A model generated the notes under the pieces. The model saw only the letters and a program-made list of their open reading frames with translations, made no database searches and was not told the DNA's origin. The translations under genes and the position numbers were made by a program. From Afifellaceae bacterium (lineage in GTDB: Bacteria; Pseudomonadota; Alphaproteobacteria; Rhizobiales; Afifellaceae), in NCBI GenBank assembly GCA_028281235.1, contig JANQKG010000024.1:64569-128568 (forward strand): 64,000 bases of DNA, written 5' to 3'. Below, piece after piece: positions 45,225 through 53,964 of the stretch. Position 1 is the stretch's first letter, and every line of letters starts with the position of its first letter.

Positions 45225-46544
45225 CTACACTTCGCGCCTCAGCCAACGCGCCATGCGGGTTTCGGTATTGGCGCGGTCCCGGCCAAACCGCATGCGCGAC
45301 TGGTTCAATACGTTTGCGCGATGTCTGTGCGCCGGCGTTGTTTCGGGCACAGTCCTGCCAACGAAGGCCGCACTCCCCTGCCCTGCCTGCGTCAGGCGGA
45401 CGCAGATTTCGCCGAGCGAAAGCTCACGCAGAGTGCGCGCTGAGTAGTCCCCAATCTCCTTCGTCAAACGATCCGCGTCGTCGGCCGACACCCGAAACGA
45501 GATGATGGTGCCCACATTGCCAAAGATTGCGTCGCGCACATCGTCCGGCGCCTGCGATAGATATTGTCCGGCAACGGTCAGAGTGAGGCCATATTTGCGG
45601 ACTTCGGAGAGCATGGAGGCAAAGGCGTCAGTGGTGAAATTGTGGAACTCATCGACGAAGAGATGAAAGTCCGCACGCTTAGCCTCTGGCATTGAGGCCC
45701 GACGCATCGCCGCGTGCTGAAGGCCAGAAACAATCATCGAGCCGAGCAGATTGGCCGGCTCTTCGCCAAGTGTTCCTTTTGAAAGCGGCGCGATAAGGAT
45801 GTGCCCCTTCTCCATGATCGCCGACAAATCGACGGTGGGCTTCCACTGGCCAACGATGTTGCGCACAAACGGGTTAGCGAGAAACTGCCCGATCTTGTTC
45901 TGCGCGGGGCTCAGATATTCGGCGAGCTGACGCTCATTCCAGCCACAAAACTCATCAACGAAGAAGCCGCGCACACGCGGGTCTTGGATGTGACGGATCA
46001 CCCGCTCTCGGTAGTCCTGACGAACAAGCACAAGCGGTATGGCGAGGAAGCTCGGTCGCAAGCTGTCGGGCGCATCGAGGAGTGCTGCGACCGTGTTGTA
46101 GAGGATGTATTCCAGCCGCGGGCCCCAACTGTCGCGCCAAATATGCTTGAAGGCAGCCGTCAGGTTGCTCGCGACCAACGCTCGCTCGTCAACTGGCACG
46201 CGATAGAAGGGATTGAGCGCCACCGGCCGCTCGGCGTCAGTCGGGTTGACCACCACGACATCATCCACGCGATGCGGCGGAACAGCATCGAGCACGGCGT
46301 GAGCCAAATCGCCATGCGGATCGATCAGCGCGCATCCGTTGCCTGCCTCAATGTCCTGAGCAAGCAGCTGCTGGAGAAGCGTCGATTTACCTGTGCCCGT
46401 CTGCCCGATGACAAAGACATGCCGTCGCCGGTCCATACACGAAAGGGTCAACGGCACTGCGCCGCCCCAACCCTCGCGAAGACCAATCTGAAAACGCTCC
46501 ATACGCCAAAGCCAGCCACGCCCCACCAAAGACCTGACACGCAT
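45225..46544 (-). CDS. Second TraD/FtsK/HerA-like P-loop ATPase (DNA-translocase family)
   Basis: Walker A VIGQTGTGKSTLL; Walker B FHLFVDEFHNF; RKYGLTLTVAGQYLSQ. Paralogous architecture to 42069..43835. An alternative start is MERFQ at 46502. Confidence 0.8.
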   Translation of the reverse strand: MRVRSLVGRGWLWRMERFQIGLREGWGGAVPLTLSCMDRRRHVFVIGQTGTGKSTLLQQLLAQDIEAGNGCALIDPHGDLAHAVLDAVPPHRVDDVVVVNPTDAERPVALNPFYRVPVDERALVASNLTAAFKHIWRDSWGPRLEYILYNTVAALLDAPDSLRPSFLAIPLVLVRQDYRERVIRHIQDPRVRGFFVDEFCGWNERQLAEYLSPAQNKIGQFLANPFVRNIVGQWKPTVDLSAIMEKGHILIAPLSKGTLGEEPANLLGSMIVSGLQHAAMRRASMPEAKRADFHLFVDEFHNFTTDAFASMLSEVRKYGLTLTVAGQYLSQAPDDVRDAIFGNVGTIISFRVSADDADRLTKEIGDYSARTLRELSLGEICVRLTQAGQGSAAFVGRTVPETTPAHRHRANVLNQSRMRFGRDRANTETRMARWLRREV

Positions 46545-46817
46545 CGGCGCGTTTCAGGTGCTTTGGGCGTATCGTCATCCGATCCTTCGATGCGCGACAA
46601 TCCTCGTGCCGCTCCGCGTCGTGCCGTGTCGCGGATGCCCATCTATGGGTGGAGAGGATTGTGAAGCGAAGCTGGCTTTGAAGCACGAAAGCTTATCGAG
46701 CACTTGCAAAGTATACGTCAAAACATTCGAACAGCAGTCTCTCAGTATGTATAGTTCACGCATTTTGTTACATCGGTAACATTAGACATGGAACTGTTCT
46801 AATATGAGGAGCTTACC

Positions 46818-47888
46818 ATGTCTTCCCATCGTATTGACTTCAAACATGTCCGCGACCACGCTTCGATTGAAACCGTGCTCGCGGCGTATGGGATCACCTT
46901 GCAGAAGGACGGCGGTAGGTCGGGACAACACAAGTGCCTTTGCCCCTTCCACGAAGATCACAAACCGTCGATGAAGGTCAACACCGACCGGAACATCTAT
47001 CACTGCTTTGTCTGCGACGAGGGCGGCAACGTTCTCGATCTGGTGATGCAGCTAGAGGGAGTGGATATTCGCGCGGCGGCTAAACAGGTCGCAGAGACTT
47101 GTGGAATCGGCACGTCGGCGACATCGCCGCGTAAACAGCGGAGCCAAAAGGGCTTCAAAGGCTCGGGCTCTGCTGCGGGTGGAGAGCGTGGCAGTGCCAA
47201 GCAAGGTCGCAATCAGCGAAACAAAGCCGGAAACGCCGAACACAAGTCGACTTCCGACGAGAGTGCTGGCCGAGCAGATGAGAAGCAATGCAACGAGCCA
47301 CTGACGTTCGAACTGAAGAACCTGATCACCGATCATCCGTTTATAGCTGAGCGCGGTGTCTCGGAAGAGATGCAGGCAGAGTTCGGAATCGGTGTCGCGA
47401 CACGCGGGATCATGAAAGGCCGTCTGGTCTTCCCTATCCACAACGCGAAGGGCGAGCTTGTCGCTTATTGCGGCCGGCACATCGGCGACGAACCGCTGAA
47501 GGACGAGCCGAAATACAAGCTTCCGCCGAACTTTCGAAAGGAACTGGAGCTGTTCAACTGGCATCGAGTTAAAGACCTCGCCACCAAGCGCCCGCTCGTG
47601 ATCGTGGAGAGCTACTTCTCGGTCGTGAAGCTGCATGGAATGGAAGTGCCGTGCGTCTCACCGATGGGTCGAACGCTGTCGGGCATGCAATTCGACCTTC
47701 TCGAAGAGGCCGGCATCAAGCATGTCGTTCTATTGTTCGACGGCGACGATCCCGGACGCGCCGCGACCACCACAGCTGGCCGGCAGCTCCTGGCTGCGAA
47801 CATAAGCGTCACTGCACCCGTCGTTCCTGAAGGCTTTAAGCCACACGGCACGGGTGTGGAGGAACTTCGAACTTTGCTGAGCTGCTAG
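46818..47888 (+). CDS. DNA primase (CHC2 zinc finger plus Toprim)
   Basis: CLCPFHEDHKPSMKVNTDRNIYHCFVCDEGGNVLDLV (CHC2) and the Toprim block VIVESYF...VVLLFDGDDPGRAA. AGGAG lies upstream. Confidence 0.85.
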   Translation: MSSHRIDFKHVRDHASIETVLAAYGITLQKDGGRSGQHKCLCPFHEDHKPSMKVNTDRNIYHCFVCDEGGNVLDLVMQLEGVDIRAAAKQVAETCGIGTSATSPRKQRSQKGFKGSGSAAGGERGSAKQGRNQRNKAGNAEHKSTSDESAGRADEKQCNEPLTFELKNLITDHPFIAERGVSEEMQAEFGIGVATRGIMKGRLVFPIHNAKGELVAYCGRHIGDEPLKDEPKYKLPPNFRKELELFNWHRVKDLATKRPLVIVESYFSVVKLHGMEVPCVSPMGRTLSGMQFDLLEEAGIKHVVLLFDGDDPGRAATTTAGRQLLAANISVTAPVVPEGFKPHGTGVEELRTLLSC

Positions 47889-47895
47889 AAGAGCC

Positions 47896-47933
47896 GGACC
47901 GTCATCCTCAGGGATGGCGGTCCTTCATTCTTC
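47896..47933. terminator. Hairpin between convergent genes (candidate bidirectional terminator)
   Basis: GGACCGTCATCC-TCAG-GGATGGCGGTCC: a 12-bp stem with one G-U pair, followed by TTCATTCTTC. It lies between the primase stop and the stop of the 1263-aa gene. Confidence 0.5.
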
Positions 47934-48010
47934 GCTCTGCAATGCTCAAAATCTACAATGACGCTGCTAAAGCAGACATTCTTGCGTACTGAGAAAGGTG
48001 CTCAGGGGCA

Positions 48011-51000
48011 TCACGGGTGCCATCGCTCGCCGACAGCGGCACTTTCGTCATGCCTTCGCGCTTCTCGCTCGTAACCCTCCGCAATCGAAATTAGCATGGC
48101 GGAAACTCTCGGATGTGAACTGCGGTATCGTTCCGCAAGTTCGCGATAGCGCCTCTCGAGGCTCCTCTCCTGATCACCTCCGTCATACGGCCCTCGAGAG
48201 GTGACGCCGCGTGCATTGTAGACGCCTACATCGAAACGCCGACGAAGCTCTCCATTTTCTGGTCTATCCAGAAAATCCAACACGCTTACGGGCAGCCACT
48301 CATTCCATGAGCGTCGGCGCGCTAAACGAGCCAATAGGGCTCCCAAGTGTCTCTCAGCGGCTTCCCTCCGATCCACTTGCGCTGCACGACTCAGTGCATC
48401 TTCCGCCCATGAGGTAAATGCACGCTCATCGACATCTCCATCCTCTAGCTGACCTGGAACCTCGCTCCAGCCTTCCAGCGTGTGATACGCGAGCTCTGCA
48501 AGAAACTCTCTCTGATCAGCTGGGACTCCCTCGTCTTCGGGATCATCTGCCCCGTCCCTACGCCGGTAGTGCCAACAAATCAGTTGGACAAATAGCGCTG
48601 GGTCTCTTGCCAGCTCTCGGTGAATGGCGAGCGTCCGTTCGTGACTGCGATGTCCATGCGCACAAAGCAAAGGAATGAAAGGCAATTCCAGATTGGCGAC
48701 TTGATCTTGAGAAACATCATCTGCGCTATCGAGGCACTTGAACACTTCGTCGAGGTGATATGCGGAGGGTAAAGGGCCGTCGGGCTCCTGACCGATCGCA
48801 ACTGCCTTTAGAATGCGAACCCATTGTTCTGTGGGTAAACGGTCAGGCCATATTTCTATTGCGGCGAATGCTGATCGTGGCCGCTGATGCTCAAGCAGCT
48901 TGTTGATCGCATACGCTATATGTTGGCCGGGCGTATCATTCCAAAGACGGATGGTAACCGACTTCCAAAAAACAGATACAATATCATCGCCAAGAGCTTC
49001 GGCAGCTGCCCATCCGACATCCGTCCCAGGAAGATGTTTCGCGATACGCTGTCTGTTTCCCTGCGTCTCCAACAGGCCCTGATCAGTGAGTCTTAAGCTG
49101 ACGGCGTTCAAAACACTTGACCCCGCGTTCCAAAGCACCTGGCGGAGGAAGGCGTCTGCGGCTTCGCTCGGTTCTTCAAGTAGAGCAATACGTGCCCATC
49201 TGGTAACCGTTTCAACCGAAGCATCTGGAGGCACCAAGACCCGCGCAACCAGGTCGGGCTGCTTCACGCTCAGCGCAAAGGAGAAAGCTGCTTCATCTCC
49301 CGATCGGTCCTGGATTTCGACTATCGCCTGCCTACGTCGCTCCTCAAAGAGAGCGTGTTTCTCTTCCCACGACAGTTGCTCTTCAGTTTCCCCTTCCGCG
49401 AGGGCTTGCCATTCTATAAACGCGTTTTCAAATAACCATTTATGCCGTGCCGCCGGATCGTCTGGTTCAAGAGCGGCCTCCATTCGACGAAGCCCATCAG
49501 CCAGTTCCTTGTCTTCGGAACCTTCTTGATAGGCATCTGCAACAGAGCGACGGCGGAGATTGTGCCGCAGGTCAGCCTTGTCTTCGTCATCAGCATCGGC
49601 TGCCCAGCGTTCCACTTCATTCACCAAACGCCTCAGGTCATCGGGGTGCAGACGTGTTGAGACTTCCAGGAGCTTGTCCAGTTCGGTCTTATCGAAGGGC
49701 AGCAAATCCAGTAGCAGTCGACTTGCCCCGATTGCAGCTTCCCGCACGTCTTTGTTCGTCGGTTCTGGAACGTTCGCTTCTAGCGGCAACCACTGTGGTG
49801 TGGCGGTCTTTGATGCGAACTGGGGAAACCCGCCCGGAAGCAGAGAGATACACACATCAATAGCTGGCCCCCGATGATCCTCCGAGAGATCGCGTAACAC
49901 CGCCATCTTTTTTGGCACGCTGAGAGACGTAGCAGGAAGCCAGGCAAGGAATAGGGATCGCGCCGTTGCTTCCGGCGAGTTTGACCAGTTGTCGTCGACT
50001 TCAAGCCTACGGAGTCCGAAAACGATACCGGCAACGCGAGAGAATCGCGAAGAGTCCCATGCAAGCAGCTCAAGTGCCCAGAGTAGATTTGTTCTTAAGC
50101 ACTCACCGCCTACTCCGCCACCGGTCGTGCCCATTATCGCGCGAATGGCCGGCTCTGGCTTGCTAAGCTCGTCCTCAAGGCAATCGAGGAATGCATTCGG
50201 GGACGCCTCGGCAAGTGCGCGCAGATGAGCACGAATGGTCAACCATCGGTCTTCGTCGGCGTCCTGCATAAGGGACTGGACAACTTGTCCGGCGCGATAT
50301 GCACAATCCAAATCCAGTCGAGACCCGCAAATCTCCTTGCCGTGGATGGCGAGAATGCAAAGAGCATCGCCAAGGCCGGAGAGGATCGCATGCGAGCAAC
50401 TACGCTCTTTTTCGAGAACGCTCGCCATCCACCATTGGTCTTGAGGCAAATCCAGCGCTGGATCACGGTCCCCCAACAGCTCTGGAACCAGCTGAAAGAA
50501 GCGATCCAAGTCATCTATTTCAATGAAGGGGCCAATCGAAAACAACGCATCCAATTGGGAAACAACAACGTTGACGTTGCCGTACCTAGCGATCGGGGCG
50601 TCATTCATCGCTACCAAACTATCGCGAACGGATAAGACTTCTCCGCTGCTCAGTTCGCCGATTAGTTGAAGCACCGTTTCATCGTCGTACTTCTTCCTTT
50701 CGATCCATGATCCAGCCAAAGCAAATGGTAACAGGCGTTTCGCAGATGCGTGGTCCATTGCCCAAACTGGCCTTCGGACCTCAGGATCAGGTGAGAGACG
50801 ACGACGTAGAACCGGTAGGGAGTGGCCCGTCTCTCGCGCGAGCCTCCTTGCGTCGTCCTCGGCGAAACCCGCTGCCTCCAACTCAGTGCGAAGTATCTTG
50901 GATGGGACGTGCGACAGCTGAATCGAATCTCGGATATCGACCCTCCCCCTTGAGTATGGCCGTATGAGCGTCAGATTCCTCCTGTCCCCAAAGCTCGGCT

Positions 51001-51802
51001 CTTCCCCTTCAGGCAGGTCGGGGATGACAATCAATCGAGACGTTGTCGAGGGAACTTGAATGCTGCTTGATGTGACGACAAGTGTCCGATCTAAGAGATC
51101 AATCGCATCATTCTGGACCAATGTAGCGGCTGCGAATGCGACGGCCTCCCCACGGTCATCTGCCTGAATAGGGACAACAGATTCGTCCTTGCGAAGTTTG
51201 CTTATCAACGCATTCGCTTCGCCGTGCTTACGAGCCACCACCATGGCCATTGAAATTGGTGGAGTCGAAGCGGTAGACCATTGCGTCCACCATTCCTGTG
51301 GTGTCAGAAGCCCGGGCGCCGCGATTCCAAGTAGCTCACCCAGCCAGCGTGAAGTGGCCGGAGCTTCTTCGAGCCAAGTTTCAAGGTCGATCGCATCGTA
51401 GGCAAGGACCGATCGCCAGGTCCCTTCCTGGCGGCGCTCCGCCAGCCAGTCGTCCTTGTTGTTCCAGCGTCTTGGCGTGACGAAAACAAAACTGCTTCTC
51501 GCAAGTTCGCTAGACGGCGCATTGCTAGTTCGCTTGGCGTAGTCGCTATCAGCTTTTCCGCCAGGGCGCTGGTCGCATCCCATCTCCCACACGCTGCGGC
51601 CTTGAGGAACCCACGTGGTCTGGCTATCCGCATCAACTTGCCCGTCGAGCCCAGCCAAATCGACCGCTTCGTTGCCCGGGAAGCGAAGCGATATCAAAGA
51701 CGGAGTGGTCTCGCGCACCAATCGGCGGATTAAGATGGGGAGATATCGTCGACATTCGTGCCGATCTGCCCATTGCCGGATCGTCGTCTCGTCGACGTGC
51801 AT
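48011..51802 (-). CDS. Very large (1263 aa) orphan protein, mostly helical-repeat-like, with no P-loop
   Basis: Single uninterrupted ORF. N-terminus MHVDETTIRQWADRHECRRYLPILIRRLVRE...GLDGQVDAD...SVWEMGCDQRPGGKADSDYAKR...FVFVTPRRW. I found no GxxxxGK[ST] motif and recognised no family. Confidence 0.75.
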   Translation of the reverse strand: MHVDETTIRQWADRHECRRYLPILIRRLVRETTPSLISLRFPGNEAVDLAGLDGQVDADSQTTWVPQGRSVWEMGCDQRPGGKADSDYAKRTSNAPSSELARSSFVFVTPRRWNNKDDWLAERRQEGTWRSVLAYDAIDLETWLEEAPATSRWLGELLGIAAPGLLTPQEWWTQWSTASTPPISMAMVVARKHGEANALISKLRKDESVVPIQADDRGEAVAFAAATLVQNDAIDLLDRTLVVTSSSIQVPSTTSRLIVIPDLPEGEEPSFGDRRNLTLIRPYSRGRVDIRDSIQLSHVPSKILRTELEAAGFAEDDARRLARETGHSLPVLRRRLSPDPEVRRPVWAMDHASAKRLLPFALAGSWIERKKYDDETVLQLIGELSSGEVLSVRDSLVAMNDAPIARYGNVNVVVSQLDALFSIGPFIEIDDLDRFFQLVPELLGDRDPALDLPQDQWWMASVLEKERSCSHAILSGLGDALCILAIHGKEICGSRLDLDCAYRAGQVVQSLMQDADEDRWLTIRAHLRALAEASPNAFLDCLEDELSKPEPAIRAIMGTTGGGVGGECLRTNLLWALELLAWDSSRFSRVAGIVFGLRRLEVDDNWSNSPEATARSLFLAWLPATSLSVPKKMAVLRDLSEDHRGPAIDVCISLLPGGFPQFASKTATPQWLPLEANVPEPTNKDVREAAIGASRLLLDLLPFDKTELDKLLEVSTRLHPDDLRRLVNEVERWAADADDEDKADLRHNLRRRSVADAYQEGSEDKELADGLRRMEAALEPDDPAARHKWLFENAFIEWQALAEGETEEQLSWEEKHALFEERRRQAIVEIQDRSGDEAAFSFALSVKQPDLVARVLVPPDASVETVTRWARIALLEEPSEAADAFLRQVLWNAGSSVLNAVSLRLTDQGLLETQGNRQRIAKHLPGTDVGWAAAEALGDDIVSVFWKSVTIRLWNDTPGQHIAYAINKLLEHQRPRSAFAAIEIWPDRLPTEQWVRILKAVAIGQEPDGPLPSAYHLDEVFKCLDSADDVSQDQVANLELPFIPLLCAHGHRSHERTLAIHRELARDPALFVQLICWHYRRRDGADDPEDEGVPADQREFLAELAYHTLEGWSEVPGQLEDGDVDERAFTSWAEDALSRAAQVDRREAAERHLGALLARLARRRSWNEWLPVSVLDFLDRPENGELRRRFDVGVYNARGVTSRGPYDGGDQERSLERRYRELAERYRSSHPRVSAMLISIAEGYEREARRHDESAAVGERWHP

Positions 51803-51951
51803 ATCTTATGTCCGTCCGAATCGAACTGATCAGTGATGTTTGAAGGCAGTTTACCCTGTCCGCTTCCAAATTGAGAGCATCGCCGCTTCTAAGAACGTCA
51901 GAACTAGGGCATCATGTCATCACGATTGCGATCGAGCCAGATGCCAGCCCC

Positions 51952-52248
51952 ATGCCAGATTTGTGGACTGAATGCGGCAGACTGAAGTCACCTTTCGCCA
52001 ATAAGCGATGGAAAGAGTGGGAACGGCATTTAGCCACCGAACAAGGCGACCGGCTATCCGTCGTTTCGGGCCTCGAGCCAGGTCGAATAGAAGTCTTTCA
52101 AGTCGGTCTCAATTGCTCGAGGCAACTTGGCCGACCGCGACCCTGGGGAAGCGATCGGACAGATATCTGCTATAAGCCTTACTTCCTGAATACGGATAGC
52201 TTGTCTTTTATTGAACTCATCTCTGGGTCTGATGACTATTTCTTTTAG
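51952..52248 (+). CDS. Hypothetical protein (weak call)
   Basis: ATG 51952 lies within ORF 51871..52248, divergent from the large gene. No recognisable motifs; it may be non-coding promoter region. Confidence 0.25.
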   Translation: MPDLWTECGRLKSPFANKRWKEWERHLATEQGDRLSVVSGLEPGRIEVFQVGLNCSRQLGRPRPWGSDRTDICYKPYFLNTDSLSFIELISGSDDYFF

Positions 52249-52480
52249 TGAATAGAAGTCCGGAATTTAACACCAGACCTACCTCGATTAGGTTCTGAAT
52301 ATCGCCTAAATTACTCATTTGTCCATGCTCGTTGTAATGAGGATGACATACTTCATGGGAAAAGGGTCTTAATTCACCCGTTGTGGCCACTACCGGGACT
52401 GGATGAACGACGTTAAGGATTTCTTAACCCAATAGGCCTATTCCTACTCAACGTCACGATTTTGTTGGTAGGAGATGTTC

Positions 52481-52576
52481 ATGTCCTTCAGATTCACCCG
52501 CCTCGATCCAATCTGGCTTATCGCTGTTGGTACAATAGTCATCGCGGTGGTCGCGGTCATTCAACTTTGGCTGTAG
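52481..52576 (+). CDS. 31-aa single-TM peptide (below the ORF-track cutoff)
   Basis: GGTAGGAG lies 6 nt before ATG 52481. It encodes MSFRFTRLDPIWLIAVGTIVIAVVAVIQLWL and stops at TAG 52574-52576, 4 nt before the ATG of the RHH gene. Confidence 0.45.
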   Translation: MSFRFTRLDPIWLIAVGTIVIAVVAVIQLWL

Positions 52577-52580
52577 CTTG

Positions 52581-52841
52581 ATGGCTCAAAGGCGATTAAA
52601 CCTGAACGTGTCATCAGACTCGTATGAGCATCTGAGGCATCTGGCGGAGATCACAGGAGAGTCGATCTCTGAGACAGTCCGAGAAGCCCTGCGCCATTAT
52701 CACCGCCTCGTGCACATCAAGGCTCGCGGGAACCGGATTTACGAAGAGCAGAGCGGGGCGCTCCATGAGGTGCCGCTAGACTTTCAGGTTGACTCCGACC
52801 AGATCAGCGATCCGTTCGCGCAGGTGCCGAAGTTCGATTGA
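52581..52841 (+). CDS. Ribbon-helix-helix (CopG/Arc-like) protein
   Basis: RRLNLNVSSDSYEHLRHLAEITGESISETVREALRHY fits a beta-strand plus two helices. The ORF opens at TTG 52578. Confidence 0.65.
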   Translation: MAQRRLNLNVSSDSYEHLRHLAEITGESISETVREALRHYHRLVHIKARGNRIYEEQSGALHEVPLDFQVDSDQISDPFAQVPKFD

Positions 52842-52935
52842 GTGATTTTGACGAGCTCCGGAGCGCAGTCGCCATCTAAGGCGATGTCCACGAAGGATTC
52901 GGCAGAAGCCAGCATTGCAGGCAGAGGCTCGATCA

Positions 52936-53964
52936 ATGACACCGGACTTCTCGCGCGCCGTGGTAGAGGTGCTTGGCAAACGGGCCGCTTATTACTGTTC
53001 GAATCCGGACTGCCGGGCACTTACGACCGGGCCGACAACAAATCCGGGCAAAGCAACAGTGGTTGGAGAGGCCGCCCACATCTGTGGCGCAAGGGAAAAG
53101 ACGGCGCGATTCCAACCTGACATGACGGACGGCGCGCGCGCCGAGATCACAAACGGCATTTGGCTATGCCGGACTTGTCATAAACTGGTTGACGACGATG
53201 AGCGTCGGTTTTCGGCTGAACTGCTATTCGAGTGGAGACGGCTCCATGAAGCCTATATCATCTCACGTGTCGGAAGCGCCGCTGACAAGATCGCCAGCGA
53301 CCTTGCGGAAAGGCAGCTAGACCAGTTCTCGGAGACAACGCCGCTGGCGCGGCGGATCATCTGCGATCGCCCTCGCGGATGGGAGTATCGGCTAACCGCC
53401 GAGTTCTTACGTCAACACACGAAAGCACCCCTCCGGCGATGGGATGATCTTTCTGAAGGCCTCTACACCCTGCCAATGATGAGGTTGGATGAAGAATCGG
53501 TCATGCCGTGGTTCCAAGCCAAGCTCAGTGAGGCGCCCCAACTGGCTAAAACGCTCGCCAAGCTGCATGCCGATGCAATTGTGGCCGCATGGGGCGAGCC
53601 GGGACAGCCCGGCGATCCCGCCGAGATACAGCACGTTTGTCAGATGATCGGTTCCGCGGTGATCCGGCTATTGCAGTGGGAAGAGGAGGTGCGCTTCGCC
53701 TATGCACCGGAGCCTTTCGATAGTCTCGTGGCCTGCCTGCCTGGAGCGCTTGGTCTCAATCTCGACAAATTGCATGAGCTGCCACGAATGCTTGATACAG
53801 CGGTAGACTGGCTTGAGTCGAACGAAGGGAGGCCTCCGCCGAAGACACCCAAGGAGTTCCGATTCGATCTTGTGTTCGACCTGCCGGAAGGCTGGAACGA
53901 TCGTATCAACCAAGAGTTGGATAGAATCGCTGAGGGCAATCGTTGGCGAACAGACATTCTGTGA
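52936..53964 (+). CDS. HNH-nuclease-motif protein with an uncharacterised ~230-aa C-terminal domain
   Basis: YYCSNPDC...GEAAHICGA...ITNGIWLCRTCHKLVD (Cys pair, His, Asn, CxxCH). The ORF opens at TTG 52915; first ATG is 52936. Confidence 0.7.
   Translation: MTPDFSRAVVEVLGKRAAYYCSNPDCRALTTGPTTNPGKATVVGEAAHICGAREKTARFQPDMTDGARAEITNGIWLCRTCHKLVDDDERRFSAELLFEWRRLHEAYIISRVGSAADKIASDLAERQLDQFSETTPLARRIICDRPRGWEYRLTAEFLRQHTKAPLRRWDDLSEGLYTLPMMRLDEESVMPWFQAKLSEAPQLAKTLAKLHADAIVAAWGEPGQPGDPAEIQHVCQMIGSAVIRLLQWEEEVRFAYAPEPFDSLVACLPGALGLNLDKLHELPRMLDTAVDWLESNEGRPPPKTPKEFRFDLVFDLPEGWNDRINQELDRIAEGNRWRTDIL

Noticed and set aside
48011-51802. Calling the 1263-aa protein a STAND/Avs NTPase or a PD-(D/E)xK nuclease
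   Set aside because: I found no Walker A/B motifs and could not identify a clean D...ExK triad. The protein is reported only as an orphan with a speculative layout.
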